NCBI RefSeq assembly: GCF_056746865.1
Contig: NZ_CM163382.1
Length of the DNA: 64,000 nt
Strand: one strand, 5' to 3'
The stretch's first letter is position 1. The number at the start of each line of letters is the position of its first letter. Below the pieces are notes generated by a model. It had not been told where the DNA came from, ran no database searches, and saw only the letters and a list, made by a program, of their open reading frames with translations. Made by a program: the position numbers and the translations under genes. Shown one piece after another: positions 1-11,202 of the stretch.

Positions 1-121
1 TCACATTTTTATGGGTAATGATTCACAGCAATCTTTATTAAATGAAATGGAAAACTGGCCAACGTATTATCCATATCAGTTGAGTAGCGAAGAAGTGGTC
101 GAGGAAATGATGTCTCATTGA
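1..121 (+). CDS. zinT: C-terminal end of the periplasmic zinc/cadmium-binding protein ZinT; the gene starts upstream of the window
   Basis: The frame ending at TGA 119-121 translates to [39 protein letters not shown]. This matches my recollection of the ZinT (YodA) C-terminus. The position next to yodB agrees with K-12 synteny. Confidence 0.6.
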
Positions 122-463
122 GTATTCTCATGATAACGCCTCGATGCCGCTTTAGTAAGTCATCATAACTGCCACTGGTCCATCCACAAACGCCACTGAA
201 CGCAAGCTAGCTACAGACACGCTCATCACTATGACGTGTCTGTATATTAATAAGCTAACCCGCATTGAGTTAACCAATAACGGATTCCATACACAATACG
301 GCCAACAGAGAAAGATACCTGTGCTCACGCCATTGCTTATATTGGCTGGTTACAATGTGCACTATCAATTTTTTAAATAACAAATTCTTAAAACCACATC
401 TGTATAAGGATTTTTTAAGGTTCGTGGGATAGCTTGACTGTAAAAATTACAGGAGCTACAAAA

Positions 464-994
464 ATGAACCGATTCTCAAAAACTCAAATTTATTTACATT
501 GGATAACGCTGCTTTTCGTTGCAATAACCTATGCCGCGATGGAACTCCGTGGCTGGTTTCCTAAAGGTAGTAGTACTTATCTGCTGATGCGAGAAACACA
601 TTACAATGCGGGTATATTCGTTTGGGTGTTAATGTTTTCACGCCTGATTATAAAACACCGTTATAGTGATCCTTCTATTGTACCACCGCCACCTGCCTGG
701 CAAATGAAAGCGGCTTCGCTAATGCACATCATGCTTTATATAACCTTCCTTGCACTTCCTCTGCTGGGGATTGCTTTAATGGCTTACAGTGGAAAATCGT
801 GGAGTTTCCTTGGTTTCAATGTGTCTCCCTTTGTTACCCCAAACAGCGAAATTAAAGCACTGATAAAAAATATTCACGAAACCTGGGCAAATATAGGTTA
901 CTTTTTAATCGCAGCTCACGCTGGCGCAGCACTCTTTCATCACTACATTCAGAAAGATAATACTCTGTTACGAATGATGCCTCGCCGCAAATAA
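464..994 (+). CDS. yodB: Cytochrome b561 homolog, inner membrane
   Basis: ORF 434-994. The internal Met at 464 gives 176 aa starting MNRFSKTQIYLHWITLL. The protein is multi-TM and His-rich, as in cytochrome b561. Synteny zinT-yodB-serU. Confidence 0.85.
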   Translation: MNRFSKTQIYLHWITLLFVAITYAAMELRGWFPKGSSTYLLMRETHYNAGIFVWVLMFSRLIIKHRYSDPSIVPPPPAWQMKAASLMHIMLYITFLALPLLGIALMAYSGKSWSFLGFNVSPFVTPNSEIKALIKNIHETWANIGYFLIAAHAGAALFHHYIQKDNTLLRMMPRRK

Positions 995-1563
995 GTCGAT
1001 CCCCTGACAAGGAAATGTGAACCATAGACATCAACGCGTCATAAATGTTTACGCAAGTGCACAATGCACCCTTTCCACTATCAACAAGGAGGAGCAGAAA
1101 CTGTGTAAATCGTACAATGGTAAGACTTATCAAAAATACAGGTTAATTTTGGCATTTAAACCTTTTTTACTTGTTAGTATGATACAAAGGCTTTCAAAAA
1201 AGCTGGGAAATTCAACAACTCTTGGAAATTATGGACTTTGTCCCGCGGCTTTAATCTGACGGCCGCGTTCCTTTTTTGACTCAATTATTGACCCCTTCTC
1301 TACGCAACTTCAGTTCCCACCACCAACTTTGCGGCAGTTTCATAGGATGAATGTCTAAAAGAATAATGGTGAGCGATAAGAAAACGACTGAATAACTGCA
1401 CATTTTCGCTCGAAAGCTTCCTGTCAGATCCATAGCGAATCAAGTGCTGAATGTCACAGTATCGAACAGAAAACAGTGACGATCTAACCCTTCAAGAATA
1501 TTCTACGATTGTTCTGTTTAGGAAAAGCAAGGCGGGAAGTCGGGAGATAAGTCATTGATAAAG

Positions 1564-1653
1564 TGGCGGAGAGAGGGGGATTTGAACCCCCGGTAGAGTT
1601 GCCCCTACTCCGGTTTTCGAGACCGGTCCGTTCAGCCGCTCCGGCATCTCTCC
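1564..1653 (-). tRNA. serU: tRNA-Ser (anticodon CGA), 90 nt with long variable arm and encoded CCA
   Basis: The reverse complement reads GGAGAGATGCCGGAGCGGCTGAACGGACCGGTCTCGAAAACCGG...CCCCCTCTCTCCGCCA. This gives a cloverleaf with a CGA anticodon loop. Confidence 0.95.
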
Positions 1654-1746
1654 GTTCAGATGGTTGCCATGATGCCAGGAAATTTGGCATTTTAACAGTC
1701 CCTGTCCGTGCAATTTTGTTCAAGTGACGAGTTTGCGAGCAAAACG

Positions 1747-2544
1747 ATGATTAAGTGGCCCTGGAAAGTACAAGAATCAGCACATCAAACTGCCCTTCCC
1801 TGGCAGGAAGCACTATCGATCCCCCTTTTAACGTGTCTGACGGAACAGGAACAAAGCAAATTAGTCACTCTTGCCGAACGTTTTTTACAGCAAAAGCGGC
1901 TTGTTCCTTTACAGGGCTTTGAACTGGATTCATTAAGAAGCTGCCGGATAGCACTTCTATTTTGCCTACCCGTTCTGGAGTTAGGACTGGAATGGCTGGA
2001 TGGTTTTCATGAAGTCTTAATTTATCCTGCGCCATTTGTGGTCGATGATGAATGGGAAGACGATATCGGTCTGGTGCATAACCAACGTATTGTTCAGTCA
2101 GGTCAGAGCTGGCAGCAAGGGCCTATCGTTTTGAACTGGTTGGATATACAAGATTCTTTTGATGCTTCTGGTTTTAACCTGATTATTCATGAAGTCGCTC
2201 ATAAGCTGGACACCCGTAACGGCGATCGCGCCAGCGGAGTTCCCTTTATTCCGTTGCGTGAGGTTGCTGGCTGGGAACACGATCTTCATGCTGCAATGAA
2301 CAACATTCAGGAAGAAATCGAATTGGTTGGCGAGAATGCGGCGAGCATTGATGCTTATGCTGCCAGTGATCCTGCTGAATGTTTTGCCGTACTTTCTGAA
2401 TATTTCTTTAGCGCCCCAGAACTTTTTGCTCCTCGTTTCCCTTCATTGTGGCAACGTTTCTGCCAATTTTATCAACAAGATCCTTTGCAGAGACTGCATC
2501 GCACTAATGATACAGACTCGTTTTCGGCGACGAATGTTCATTAA
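1747..2544 (+). CDS. mtfA: Mlc titration factor A, zinc metallopeptidase (265 aa)
   Basis: Starts [19 protein letters not shown] and contains the HEVAH zinc-binding motif ([10 protein letters not shown]). Lies between serU and asnT as in K-12. Confidence 0.9.
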
Positions 2545-2597
2545 TTAACAACTTTGCAGATTAATTAACCAATTGAAATGACTTATGAAATTTAGTG

Positions 2598-2626
2598 TTG
2601 ACAGACAAGGTACCGCTAAGTAATAT
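2598..2626 (+). promoter_or_regulatory. asnT promoter
   Basis: TTGACA (2598-2603), 17-bp spacer, TAATAT (2621-2626), then the GC-rich discriminator GCGCCCC about 11 nt before the mature tRNA 5' end. The same -10, discriminator and leader are present at asnV. Confidence 0.6.
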
Positions 2627-2644
2627 GCGCCCCGTTCACACGAT

Positions 2645-2720
2645 TCCTCTGTAGTTCAGTCGGTAGAACGGCGGACTGTTAATCCGTATGTCACTGGTTC
2701 GAGTCCAGTCAGAGGAGCCA
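2645..2720 (+). tRNA. asnT: tRNA-Asn (GUU), 76 nt with CCA
   Basis: TCCTCTGTAGTTCAGTCGGTAGAACGGCGGACTGTTAATCCGTATGTCACTGGTTCGAGTCCAGTCAGAGGAGCCA. Identical to the three other copies in the window. Confidence 0.97.
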
Positions 2721-2882
2721 GATTCAAGTTTTCATGCTTATCTGTACGTTTATATTTGTTTACGATTCAGTAAGTTAGCGTGAAAATCCTTGCCGGTGCG
2801 TATCTGGTTTTATCTCCGCATCGGGATAATTTGGTGGTCAGATCTGGGGTCAGTTTGGTTCGATTCTGGAGTGACCCCCAAA

Positions 2883-4151
2883 ATGTCTTTAAACGATTCT
2901 AAAATCCGCAAGTTAAAATCTTCTTCCCGTCCGGTAAAACTCTCCGACTCTCACGGTCTGTATCTGCTCGTCAATCCGGGCGGTTCGCGCATCTGGTATC
3001 TCAAATATCGTTTCAACGGAAAAGAATCCAGAGTCAGTCTTGGCGCATACCCGCTGGTCTCACTGGCAGAAGCCAGGCAACAGCGCGACGGTATCCGCAA
3101 GTTACTGGCGCAGAATATCAACCCGGCGCAGCAGCGCATGGCAGAGAAAGCCGCCTGCTCCCCTGAAAAGTGCTTTAAAGCGGTGGCGGTGGCGCTGGCC
3201 TGGCACAAAACCAACAAAAAATGGTCGGCTGATTATGCCGCCCGTATTCTCGCCAGTATGGAAAACCATATCTTCCCGGCGGTTGGTCATTTGCCCGTTG
3301 CCAAACTTAAAACGCAGGATTTCACTGCCCTGCTGAGGGTTATTGAGGATAAGGGCTTTCTGGAAGTCGCGTCCCGCACGCGGCAGCAACTCAGCAACAT
3401 CATGCGCTATGCCGTATAGCAGGGGCTTACCGAAAGCAATCCGGCGCAGCATCTGGATGGCGTTGTCTCCTCCCCCGTAAAGAATCACTACCCCGCGTTA
3501 CCGCTGGAGCGGTTGTCCGAACTGCTTGGCCGCATCGGTGACTATCAGCAGGGCCGGGAGTTAACCCGGCTGGCGGAGGTGCTGACACTGCACCTGTTCA
3601 TCCGTTCCAGCGAACTGCGTTTCGCCCGCTGGAGCGAGATCGATTTCAGGCACAAAATCTGGACCATCCCCGCCACCCGCGAGGCCATCGACAAAGTTCG
3701 GTTTTCGGGGCGTGGCGCAAAAATGCGTACTCCGCATATCGTACCGCTCTCCCGCCAGGCGATTGCCCTTCTGAAACAGATACAGGAGCTTTCCGGCCAT
3801 CTGGATCTGGTGTTTCCCGGCGATCATAATCCGTACAAGCCAATGAGCGAAAACACAACCAACCGGGCGCTGCGCCTGATGGGGTATGACACGAAAACTG
3901 AAATCTGCGGGCATGGACTCAGGGCAATGGCCTGTAGCGCCCTGGTGGAGTCGGACCTGTGGTCACGCGATACGGTGGAGCGGCAAATGAGCCACCAGGA
4001 GCGCAACAGCGTGCGGGCGGCATATGTGCATAAAGCAGAGCATCTGGAGGCCAGAAAGGCCATGATGCAGTGGTGGTCGGATTATCTGGATGTGTGCCGC
4101 GAGGGGTATGTTGCGCCGTACATTTATGCCCGGCAGCATAAGGCAGCCTGA
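2883..4151 (+). pseudogene. P4-type tyrosine integrase adjacent to asnT, inactivated by an in-frame TAG at 3417-3419
   Basis: The N-terminus MSLNDSKIRKLKSSSRPVKLSDSHGLYLLVNPGGSRIWYLKYRFNGKESRVSLGAYP is typical of tRNA-associated P4 integrases. ORFs 2790-3419 and 3513-4151 share a frame and are separated only by the TAG. The C-terminal half carries the catalytic-domain signature (HGLRAMA..., RAAY). Confidence 0.85.
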
Positions 4152-4186
4152 ATCAGAAATAGCGTAAATCATTAAAACCGGAAAAG

Positions 4187-4217
4187 CAGATCCTGATTGA
4201 CCGGGATCTGTTTTTTT
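4187..4217 (+). terminator. Rho-independent terminator after the integrase
   Basis: Stem CAGATCC (4187-4193) pairs with GGATCTG (4204-4210), followed by T7. Confidence 0.6.
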
Positions 4218-4336
4218 GTATTGAGAGGTATTGTCGCTGTTTTTGTTATTATTAATTGGGAAGCACCGAAAATTATTCCAGTAGAATATTTGCAGTCGAT
4301 TGCCTATTAATAAATGCATTATTGATAGATAATTAC

Positions 4337-4623
4337 CTTCTGTGATTTGCCTGCAAATCACAGAAGATGAAAACCTATCAATACGGGATATTTTCACGAA
4401 AATACAAATTAATACTCCAGAATATCTGCACCAGAATATCTCCTGACCCTATACTCTGAAACCTGTAAGAACTGCATCAGATATTCAGAAACCAGACAGA
4501 TATAAGCCTGAAATTATTTGGCGTCCAATGATTTCAGGCGAAACCTATCAATGCATCTGTTTTCAACAGGCAGCCACCTTCCGTGATTCACATGTTAATC
4601 ATGGAAGGTGAAAAGCTATCAAT
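4337..4623. repeat. Three hairpin plus CTATCAAT-box modules
   Basis: Each inverted repeat is immediately followed by AAA(C/G)CTATCAAT.
- Module 1: repeat 4337-4350/4353-4366 (perfect 14 bp), box at 4371-4382.
- Module 2: repeat 4507-4514/4531-4538, box at 4541-4552.
- Module 3: repeat 4575-4588/4597-4610 (1 mismatch), box at 4612-4623.
Modules 1 and 3 stay about 70% similar for roughly 45 nt further. Confidence 0.5.
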
Positions 4624-5461
4624 AATCGACATTTCCACGGAATTACCACTTAATACATCCCCAAAAATGCGCCATAAAATACCGGACAATCTTTCCTGAT
4701 ACAGATTATCACTGCACCAGCTATACGGAGACAAAATAATCTGCACCCGTCCTGGATAATCTGCTATCTGCGCCAGCGTCCCGCCGCTCTACCTGTTCAG
4801 TGCTGCGCCAGTACCTGGCCCTTTAGTTTTTGGCCCTTTCAGGTCAGGCGCTGTTCCCCTTATCGCCCCCTTAACCTTTATGACCCTTTCCCTTTCTGGC
4901 GCAGCCAGTTTATTTGGAAATGCTCCATGACAGTCTGCACCAGACTGTATTTTCACCACAGGATAACAATCACAAAGTGCAAAAAATAACATGAAGCACC
5001 GAAGATTCTTAATTCATATGAAGCAGGTTATTATGCCAAAAACCGTCGCAGCATTTTTATAAAATCATGAGGCATCCTGAGACCATATAATATATGTCAC
5101 AGGATACGGAAAAACACAGAGAGAATTATTCAGATATAACCCTGTGCCAGAATTAATGTGATGCCCCGGTGAATTTACATTTTAAAATTTTCCCAGCCCT
5201 GTAGTATTGGTAAAAATGATTGAAACACCTGTTATTAACAGAGAGCATTTCGTGTGATTACAGGGGTAATCACTATAATATTCCGACAAACTATATTGGT
5301 TAAGCAGGAGAATCTGATCTGTTGATATTTATTCGTCATGCTGTAACGATATTTTCACAATATAAACCCGTTCGCCCCCTGCGCCAGATCCGGAACATAG
5401 GGTACGATAAATCGCTGTCGTTACGCAGTAACGTACTATTTTGCGACATTCATGAATTCAG

Positions 5462-6346
5462 TTATTCCTCCCTCCAGCGGTATCCATACACCTGTTTCAC
5501 CCAGCGACCGCGACCGTCGCCATGACCCAGATCCGTCGCCGTCAGCGCCAGGGATTCCTTTTCGCTGAATCCCTGCGCCAGATAATGGCGGATCGCATCC
5601 TGCGCCCAGGCATAGCGCAGGGAGTGAGGGGAAAATTCCCCCTTCAGCCCCACCTTAATGACCTGTTTGTGCCAGCTCTCCAGCGCCATTTTGAGATCAG
5701 GCTTGTCGATCAGCCTGCCATTGTGTCGATCCGCGACCAGTAAGGCCTTTTCCAGAGCCTTCCTGACTGCGCCAGTATCCAGAACTGTCGTATGGCGGGG
5801 ACGCCCACCTTTGGTGCCAAACACCACTTTCAGCCGGTTTTCCCCGCGCTCAATGGCTTTCAGCCACGTTTTCAGCGACAGTGAACTCTGTACCGCTTCC
5901 TGCGAGCGTAACCCCATCAGTCGCGCGATCTCCAGCGCCGCAGCCAGCCCCGCATCCTCAGCGCGGGCTTTCTCCATAACCTGCTGGTAATGTTCCGGCG
6001 TAATGGCGCGGCGCGTACCGTTGCGTGAAGCGCCCGACACTCCCAGCGCCTTATTGGTTAGGCGTGGATGCTCCACCACCTGCCTGCGTCCAGCCTGTCT
6101 CAGCACGGCCTGCAGTGCCGCCATGTCGTTTTGCAGCGTTCGTAAACCAATATCCTGCTCCAGCCGTTCCTCAATGTAGCATTCGATATGGCGAACCCTG
6201 ATCTGCTCCACCCGCTGGATCTGGATATTCAGCGCCCGTAAATGTTCACTGAACCGTTTTGTAATATGGATACGGTCATTCACTGTTTTAAAGCTGCCGC
6301 CCGCTTTCTTCGCCAGCGCCTTCATTTCACTGCTTAATTTACTCAT
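5462..6346 (-). CDS. Tyrosine recombinase / phage-integrase-family protein (294 aa), apparently intact
   Basis: The C-terminal region has box II HSLRYAWAQD and the Tyr-containing tail LGHGDGRGRWVKQVYGY. The N-terminal region resembles the proteobacterial prophage integrase N-terminal domain type. There are no internal stops. Confidence 0.7.
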   Translation of the reverse strand: MSKLSSEMKALAKKAGGSFKTVNDRIHITKRFSEHLRALNIQIQRVEQIRVRHIECYIEERLEQDIGLRTLQNDMAALQAVLRQAGRRQVVEHPRLTNKALGVSGASRNGTRRAITPEHYQQVMEKARAEDAGLAAALEIARLMGLRSQEAVQSSLSLKTWLKAIERGENRLKVVFGTKGGRPRHTTVLDTGAVRKALEKALLVADRHNGRLIDKPDLKMALESWHKQVIKVGLKGEFSPHSLRYAWAQDAIRHYLAQGFSEKESLALTATDLGHGDGRGRWVKQVYGYRWREE

Positions 6347-6919
6347 GAATCCCCTGCAACATAAACAAACAGTCTCCGGCGTGTGCTGTTTGGCTGCGCC
6401 AGAACGATACCTTCACGCCGGAGTGGCTGGTTGTTGAGGTTTAGGGAGTTTCAGGCTGTACGCGGTACAGACTGCCTGACGAAGCAGGGGTGTCTCCGGA
6501 GCATCGTGCCCCCCCTCGGTATCGATCTTTTTCTCCTTTACTCTGAGCTGACAGCGGCCCCAAAGGGCATGTCAGACGGCGGAAATATGGCGCAGGCCGG
6601 GACTGGCGCGGCTTGCGGCGGTATGTTGTGCAGCGTCACTTTGCCCTGTCGCTGGCGCGACCAGAGTGACACCTCGTCTGGTGCAGAGGGTAAACGTTGC
6701 GTTTCTGGTGCAGGGTGACGGTCACGCGGCAGCAAAGCCTGCTGTCTTTGCAGGCCGCAGCCCGTCAATGTAAGGCGCGGGTTGTCAGCAGAAGATAAAA
6801 CCCGGCAAAGCCAGAGTGCCAGCCCGTAAAGCCGGGTAAGCATGGCTACGAAGAAGAGAAGTGGAGAAAAAATAAATGACCGACAAATCTTATGCGGGAT
6901 GGGAATTAAACTACGCCGC

Positions 6920-9900
6920 TTAACTGCGGGTAACGGTGACCTTCACCATGCCACAGGACGTTGCGGCAAACTTTACCCTCGAAAATAACGGCATTGCCAT
7001 CACCCAAGCCAATGGGGAAGCGCATGTCACGCTGAAAGGTAAAAAAGCGGGTACGCATACGGTTACCGCAACGCTGGGTAATAACAATACCAGTGATTCG
7101 CAGCCGGTAACGTTTGTGGCGGACAAAACCTCGGCTCAGGTTGTCCTGCAGATGTCAAAAGATGAGATCACAGGTAATGGCGTCGATAACGCAACGCTAA
7201 CTGCAACGGTTAAAGATCAGTTCGACAATGAGGTGAATAATCTTCCGGTAACATTCAGCTCAGCCTCTTCAGGACTCACCCTGACCCCGGGAGTAAGTAA
7301 TACCAATGAGTCTGGCATCGCGCAGGCCACTCTCGCAGGCGTTGCCTTTGGTGAGCAGACGGTCACTGCATCACTGGCTAATAATGGTGCCAGCGACAAC
7401 AAAACTGTGCATTTTATTGGCGACACAGCAGCGGCAAAAATTATCGAGTTGACGCCTGTCCCAGACAGCATAATCGCCGGTACCCCGCAGAACAGCTCCG
7501 GCAGCGTCATCACCGCCACAGTCGTTGATAATAATGGCTTTCCGGTGAAAGGTGTGACTGTGAACTTCACCAGCAGAACAAACTCTGCCGAAATGACGAA
7601 TGGCGGCCAAGCCGTAACGAACGAACAGGGTAAGGCTACCGTCACTTATACCAATACCCGCTCCTCGATAGAATCAGGAGCGAGACCGCATACCGTTGAG
7701 GCCAGTCTGGAAAATGGTAGCTCCACGCTTAGCACATCAATTAATGTCAACGCTGATGCGTCTACGGCACATCTCACCTTGCTACAGGCACTTTTTGATA
7801 CAGTCTCCGCAGGCGACACTACCAATCTGTATATTGAGGTGAAGGATAATTACGGCAACGGTGTACCCCAGCAGGAGGTAACCCTCAGAGTATCACCAAG
7901 TGAAGGCGTGACCCCCAGTAATAACGCTATATATACTACCAACCACGACGGCAATTTTTACGCAAGCTTTACCGCTACAAAAGCCGGGGTTTATCAAGTG
8001 ACGGCAACCCTCGAAAATGGCGATTCGATGCAACAAACAGTGACCTATGTGCCGAACGTAGCGAATGCTGAAATCACGCTGGCAGCCTCGAAGGATCCGG
8101 TGATTGCCGACAATAACGATATCACGACACTAACAGCAACAGTCGCTGATACAGAGGGCAATGCGATAGCCAACACTGAGGTAACATTTACTCTGCCGGA
8201 AGATGTGAGGGCGAACTTCACGCTGAGCGATGGCGGTAAAGCGGTTACTGATGCCGATGGCAAAGCGAAAGTCACGCTGAAAGGTACAAAAGCAGGCGCT
8301 CATACTGTTACAGCATCGATGGCTGGCGGTAAGAGTGAGCAGTTGGTGGTGAACTTTATTGCGGATACACTCACTGCGCAGGTTAATCTTAACGTTACCG
8401 AGGACAATTTTATCGCTAATAACGTCGGGATGACCAGGCTGCAGGCAACAGTGACTGATGGAAACGGCAACCCGTTAGCCAATGAGGCGGTGACATTCAC
8501 GCTACCGGCAGATGTGAGCGCAAGCTTTACTCTCGGACAAGGCGGTTCCGCCATTACTGATATCAACGGCAAGGCTGAAGTTACACTGAGCGGTACAAAA
8601 TCCGGCACCTACCCCGTGACAGTTAGCGTGAACAATTATGGTGTCAGTGATACGAAACAGGTGACTTTGATTGCCGATGCTGGTACCGCAAAACTAGCCT
8701 CATTAACCTCTGTATACTCTTTCGTCGTCAGCACGACCGAGGGCGCGACCATGACTGCAAGCGTCACTGACGCTAACGGCAACCCGGTAGAAGGCATAAA
8801 AGTTAATTTCCGCGGAACCTCCGTCACGCTAAGCAGCACCAGCGTTGAAACGGATGATCGGGGTTTCGCTGAAATTCTTGTGACAAGCACCGAGGTCGGA
8901 CTGAAAACAGTTTCAGCCTCTCTGGCAGATAAACCTACTGAAGTCATCTCGCGATTACTGAATGCAAAAGCAGATATTAATTCTGCAACGATTACCAGTC
9001 TGGAGATACCTGAAGGTCAGGTCATGGTCGCACAAGACGTAGCAGTTAAAGCTCACGTCAACGACCAGTTTGGCAATCCGATTCTTAATGAATCTGTAAC
9101 ATTCAGTGCAGAGCCACCAGAGCACATGACCATCAGCCAAAATATTGTCTCTACTGATACGCATGGTATAGCCGAGGTCACTATGACGCCCGAAAGAAAC
9201 GGTTCGTATATGGTGAAAGCATCCCTGGCGAATGGATCCTCTTATGAGAAGGATCTGGTGGTAATCGATTAAAAACTGACACTCTCGGCGTCCAGCCCGC
9301 TTATCGGTGTCAATTCCCCAACAGGTGCAACTCTGACGGCAACGCTAACTTCTGCAAATGGCACTCCAGTGGAGGGTCAGGTCATCAACTTTAGCGTAAC
9401 GCCAGAAGGTGCGACGTTAAGTGGCGGAAAAGTGGGAACCAACTCTTCAGGTCAGGCTCCAGTCGTTCTGACCAGCAATAAAGTCGGTACATATACGGTG
9501 ACTGCATCGTTCCATAACGGCGTAACAATACAGACACAGACAACCGTGAAAGTCACTGGCAACTCAAGCACCGCCCATGTTGCTAGCTTTATCGCTGATC
9601 CATCGACTATCGCCGCCACCAACAGTGATTTAAGTACCTTAAAGGCAACGGTTGAGGATGGCAGTGGTAACCTGATCGAAGGTCTCACTGTGTACTTCGC
9701 CTTAAAAAGCGGCTCTGCCACATTAACGTCATTAACAGCGGTGACAGATCAAAACGGAATCGCGACAACAAGCGTGAGAGGAGCGATAACGGGGAGCGTC
9801 ACGGTAAGCGCAGTCACGACCGCTGGTGGAATGCAAACAGTAGATATAACGCTGGTGGCAGGCCCGGCAGACGCCTCAAAGTCAGTCCTTAAGAACAATC

Positions 9901-10775
9901 GGTCATCATTGAAAGGAGACTTTACCGATAGTGCTGAGCTACATCTTGTTCTGCACGATATATCAGGCAATCCGATCAAAGTTTCTGAAGGGCTGGAATT
10001 TGTGCAATCAGGTACTAACGTGCCCTATATGAAAATTAGCGCAATTGATTACAGTCAAAATATCAACGGTGATTACAAAGCCACCATTACAGGCGGCGGA
10101 GAGGGTATCGCAACGCTGATCCCTGTATTGAATGGTGTTCATCAAGCTGGTCTGAGTACCACAATACAATTCACTCGCGCAGAAGACAAAATAATGAGCG
10201 GTACAGTATCAGTCAATGGTACTGACCTACCGACAACTACATTCCCTTCGCAGGGGTTCACCGGGGCGTATTATCAGTTGAATAATGACAACTTTGCCCC
10301 AGGAAAAACGGCGGCTGATTATGAGTTTTCAAGCTCTGCCTCCTGGGTCGATGTTGATGCTACCGGTAAAGTGACATTTAAAAATGTCGGCAGCAATTGG
10401 GAAAGGATTACGGCGACGCCAAAATCAGGAGGCCCTAGCTATGTATACGAAATCCGTGTGAAGAGTTGGTGGGTGAACTCCGGCGATGCTTTCATGATAT
10501 ACAGCCTTGCTGAAAATTTTTGCAGTAGCAATGGCTACACACTTCCCCGTGCAGACCATTTAAACCATAGTCGTTCCCGAGGCATCGGGTCACTGTACAG
10601 TGAATGGGGAGATATGGGGCATTACACGACTGAAGCTGGTTTTCAATCAAATATGTATTGGTCATCTAGTCCCGCAAACTCAAGCGAACAATACGTAGTT
10701 TCCCTGGCAACAGGTGATCAAAGCGTATTTGAAAAGCTTGGGTTTGCTTATGCGACATGTGATAAAAACCTGTGA
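6920..10775 (+). pseudogene. yeeJ: Intimin/invasin-like adhesin YeeJ, 5'-truncated and carrying an in-frame TAA at 9270-9272
   Basis: Tandem bacterial Ig-like repeats recur through the sequence (for example TFTLPEDVRANFTL, VTLKGTKAGAHTVTA). ORFs 6936-9272 and 9369-10775 share a frame and are separated only by the TAA. Only about 1280 codons remain, and the N-terminal beta-barrel/LysM part is absent. Confidence 0.85.
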
Positions 10776-10795
10776 TTTTCCGTTATAATTTCTTA

Positions 10796-10826
10796 AAGAG
10801 TGCTCCATTCGGAGCACTCTTTTTTA
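10796..10826 (+). terminator. Rho-independent terminator after yeeJ
   Basis: Stem AAGAGTGCTCC, loop ATTC, stem GGAGCACTCTT, followed by a T-run. Confidence 0.7.
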
Positions 10827-11202
10827 CATTCCCTCTATAGAGCTTGCCCTTCTCTCACAGAAAATGAATAAATAAAACTGCTGCACCGCAAGAATCGCGT
10901 TCGATGTGACTATGATCGTATCCGGTGAGTACAGCTTTGATCCAAAGGCTGGTTTTCTGTGATGATTGACCAGCCTCAGAGTATTGATGACACCACCGTT
11001 CATAACAGATCGGCATTACTATGCATAAGTACTGTCTCATATTCTCGCCAAAACACTTTTTAATGCCTTTGCGAATTCATCCAGACTTATATTGTCAATT
11101 TTTTGCCCAACGACGACTGACTCCGAAACATCGGCCATTGCGGGCCATCGCGTTTTGTAATCAGCATAAATTGCAACAACGGGAGTATTATTGGATTTGC
11201 CC

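Noticed and set aside
1484-1723. A 79-aa ORF overlapping serU, and a 66-aa ORF (19849-20049) overlapping asnU.
   Set aside because: They are read through tRNA genes and their promoters, so the ORFs are spurious.
6383-6843. Overlapping GC-rich ORFs: 6383-6718 on the plus strand and 6538-6843 on the minus strand.
   Set aside because: The two are mutually exclusive. Their products are Arg/Pro/Gly/Cys-rich with no motifs or RBS. This is likely non-coding junction DNA of the decayed island, so no call is made.
2721-6935. The possibility that the asnT island is the Yersinia high-pathogenicity island (HPI).
   Set aside because: Only an integrase pseudogene is present. No ybt, irp or fyuA coding sequence occurs anywhere in the window.
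7217-9979. A series of 70-140-aa minus-strand ORFs inside yeeJ.
   Set aside because: They are antisense to the Thr/Val/Ala-rich Ig-repeat coding frame. Their repetitive, hydrophobic translations mirror the repeat structure. They have no RBS or independent support.
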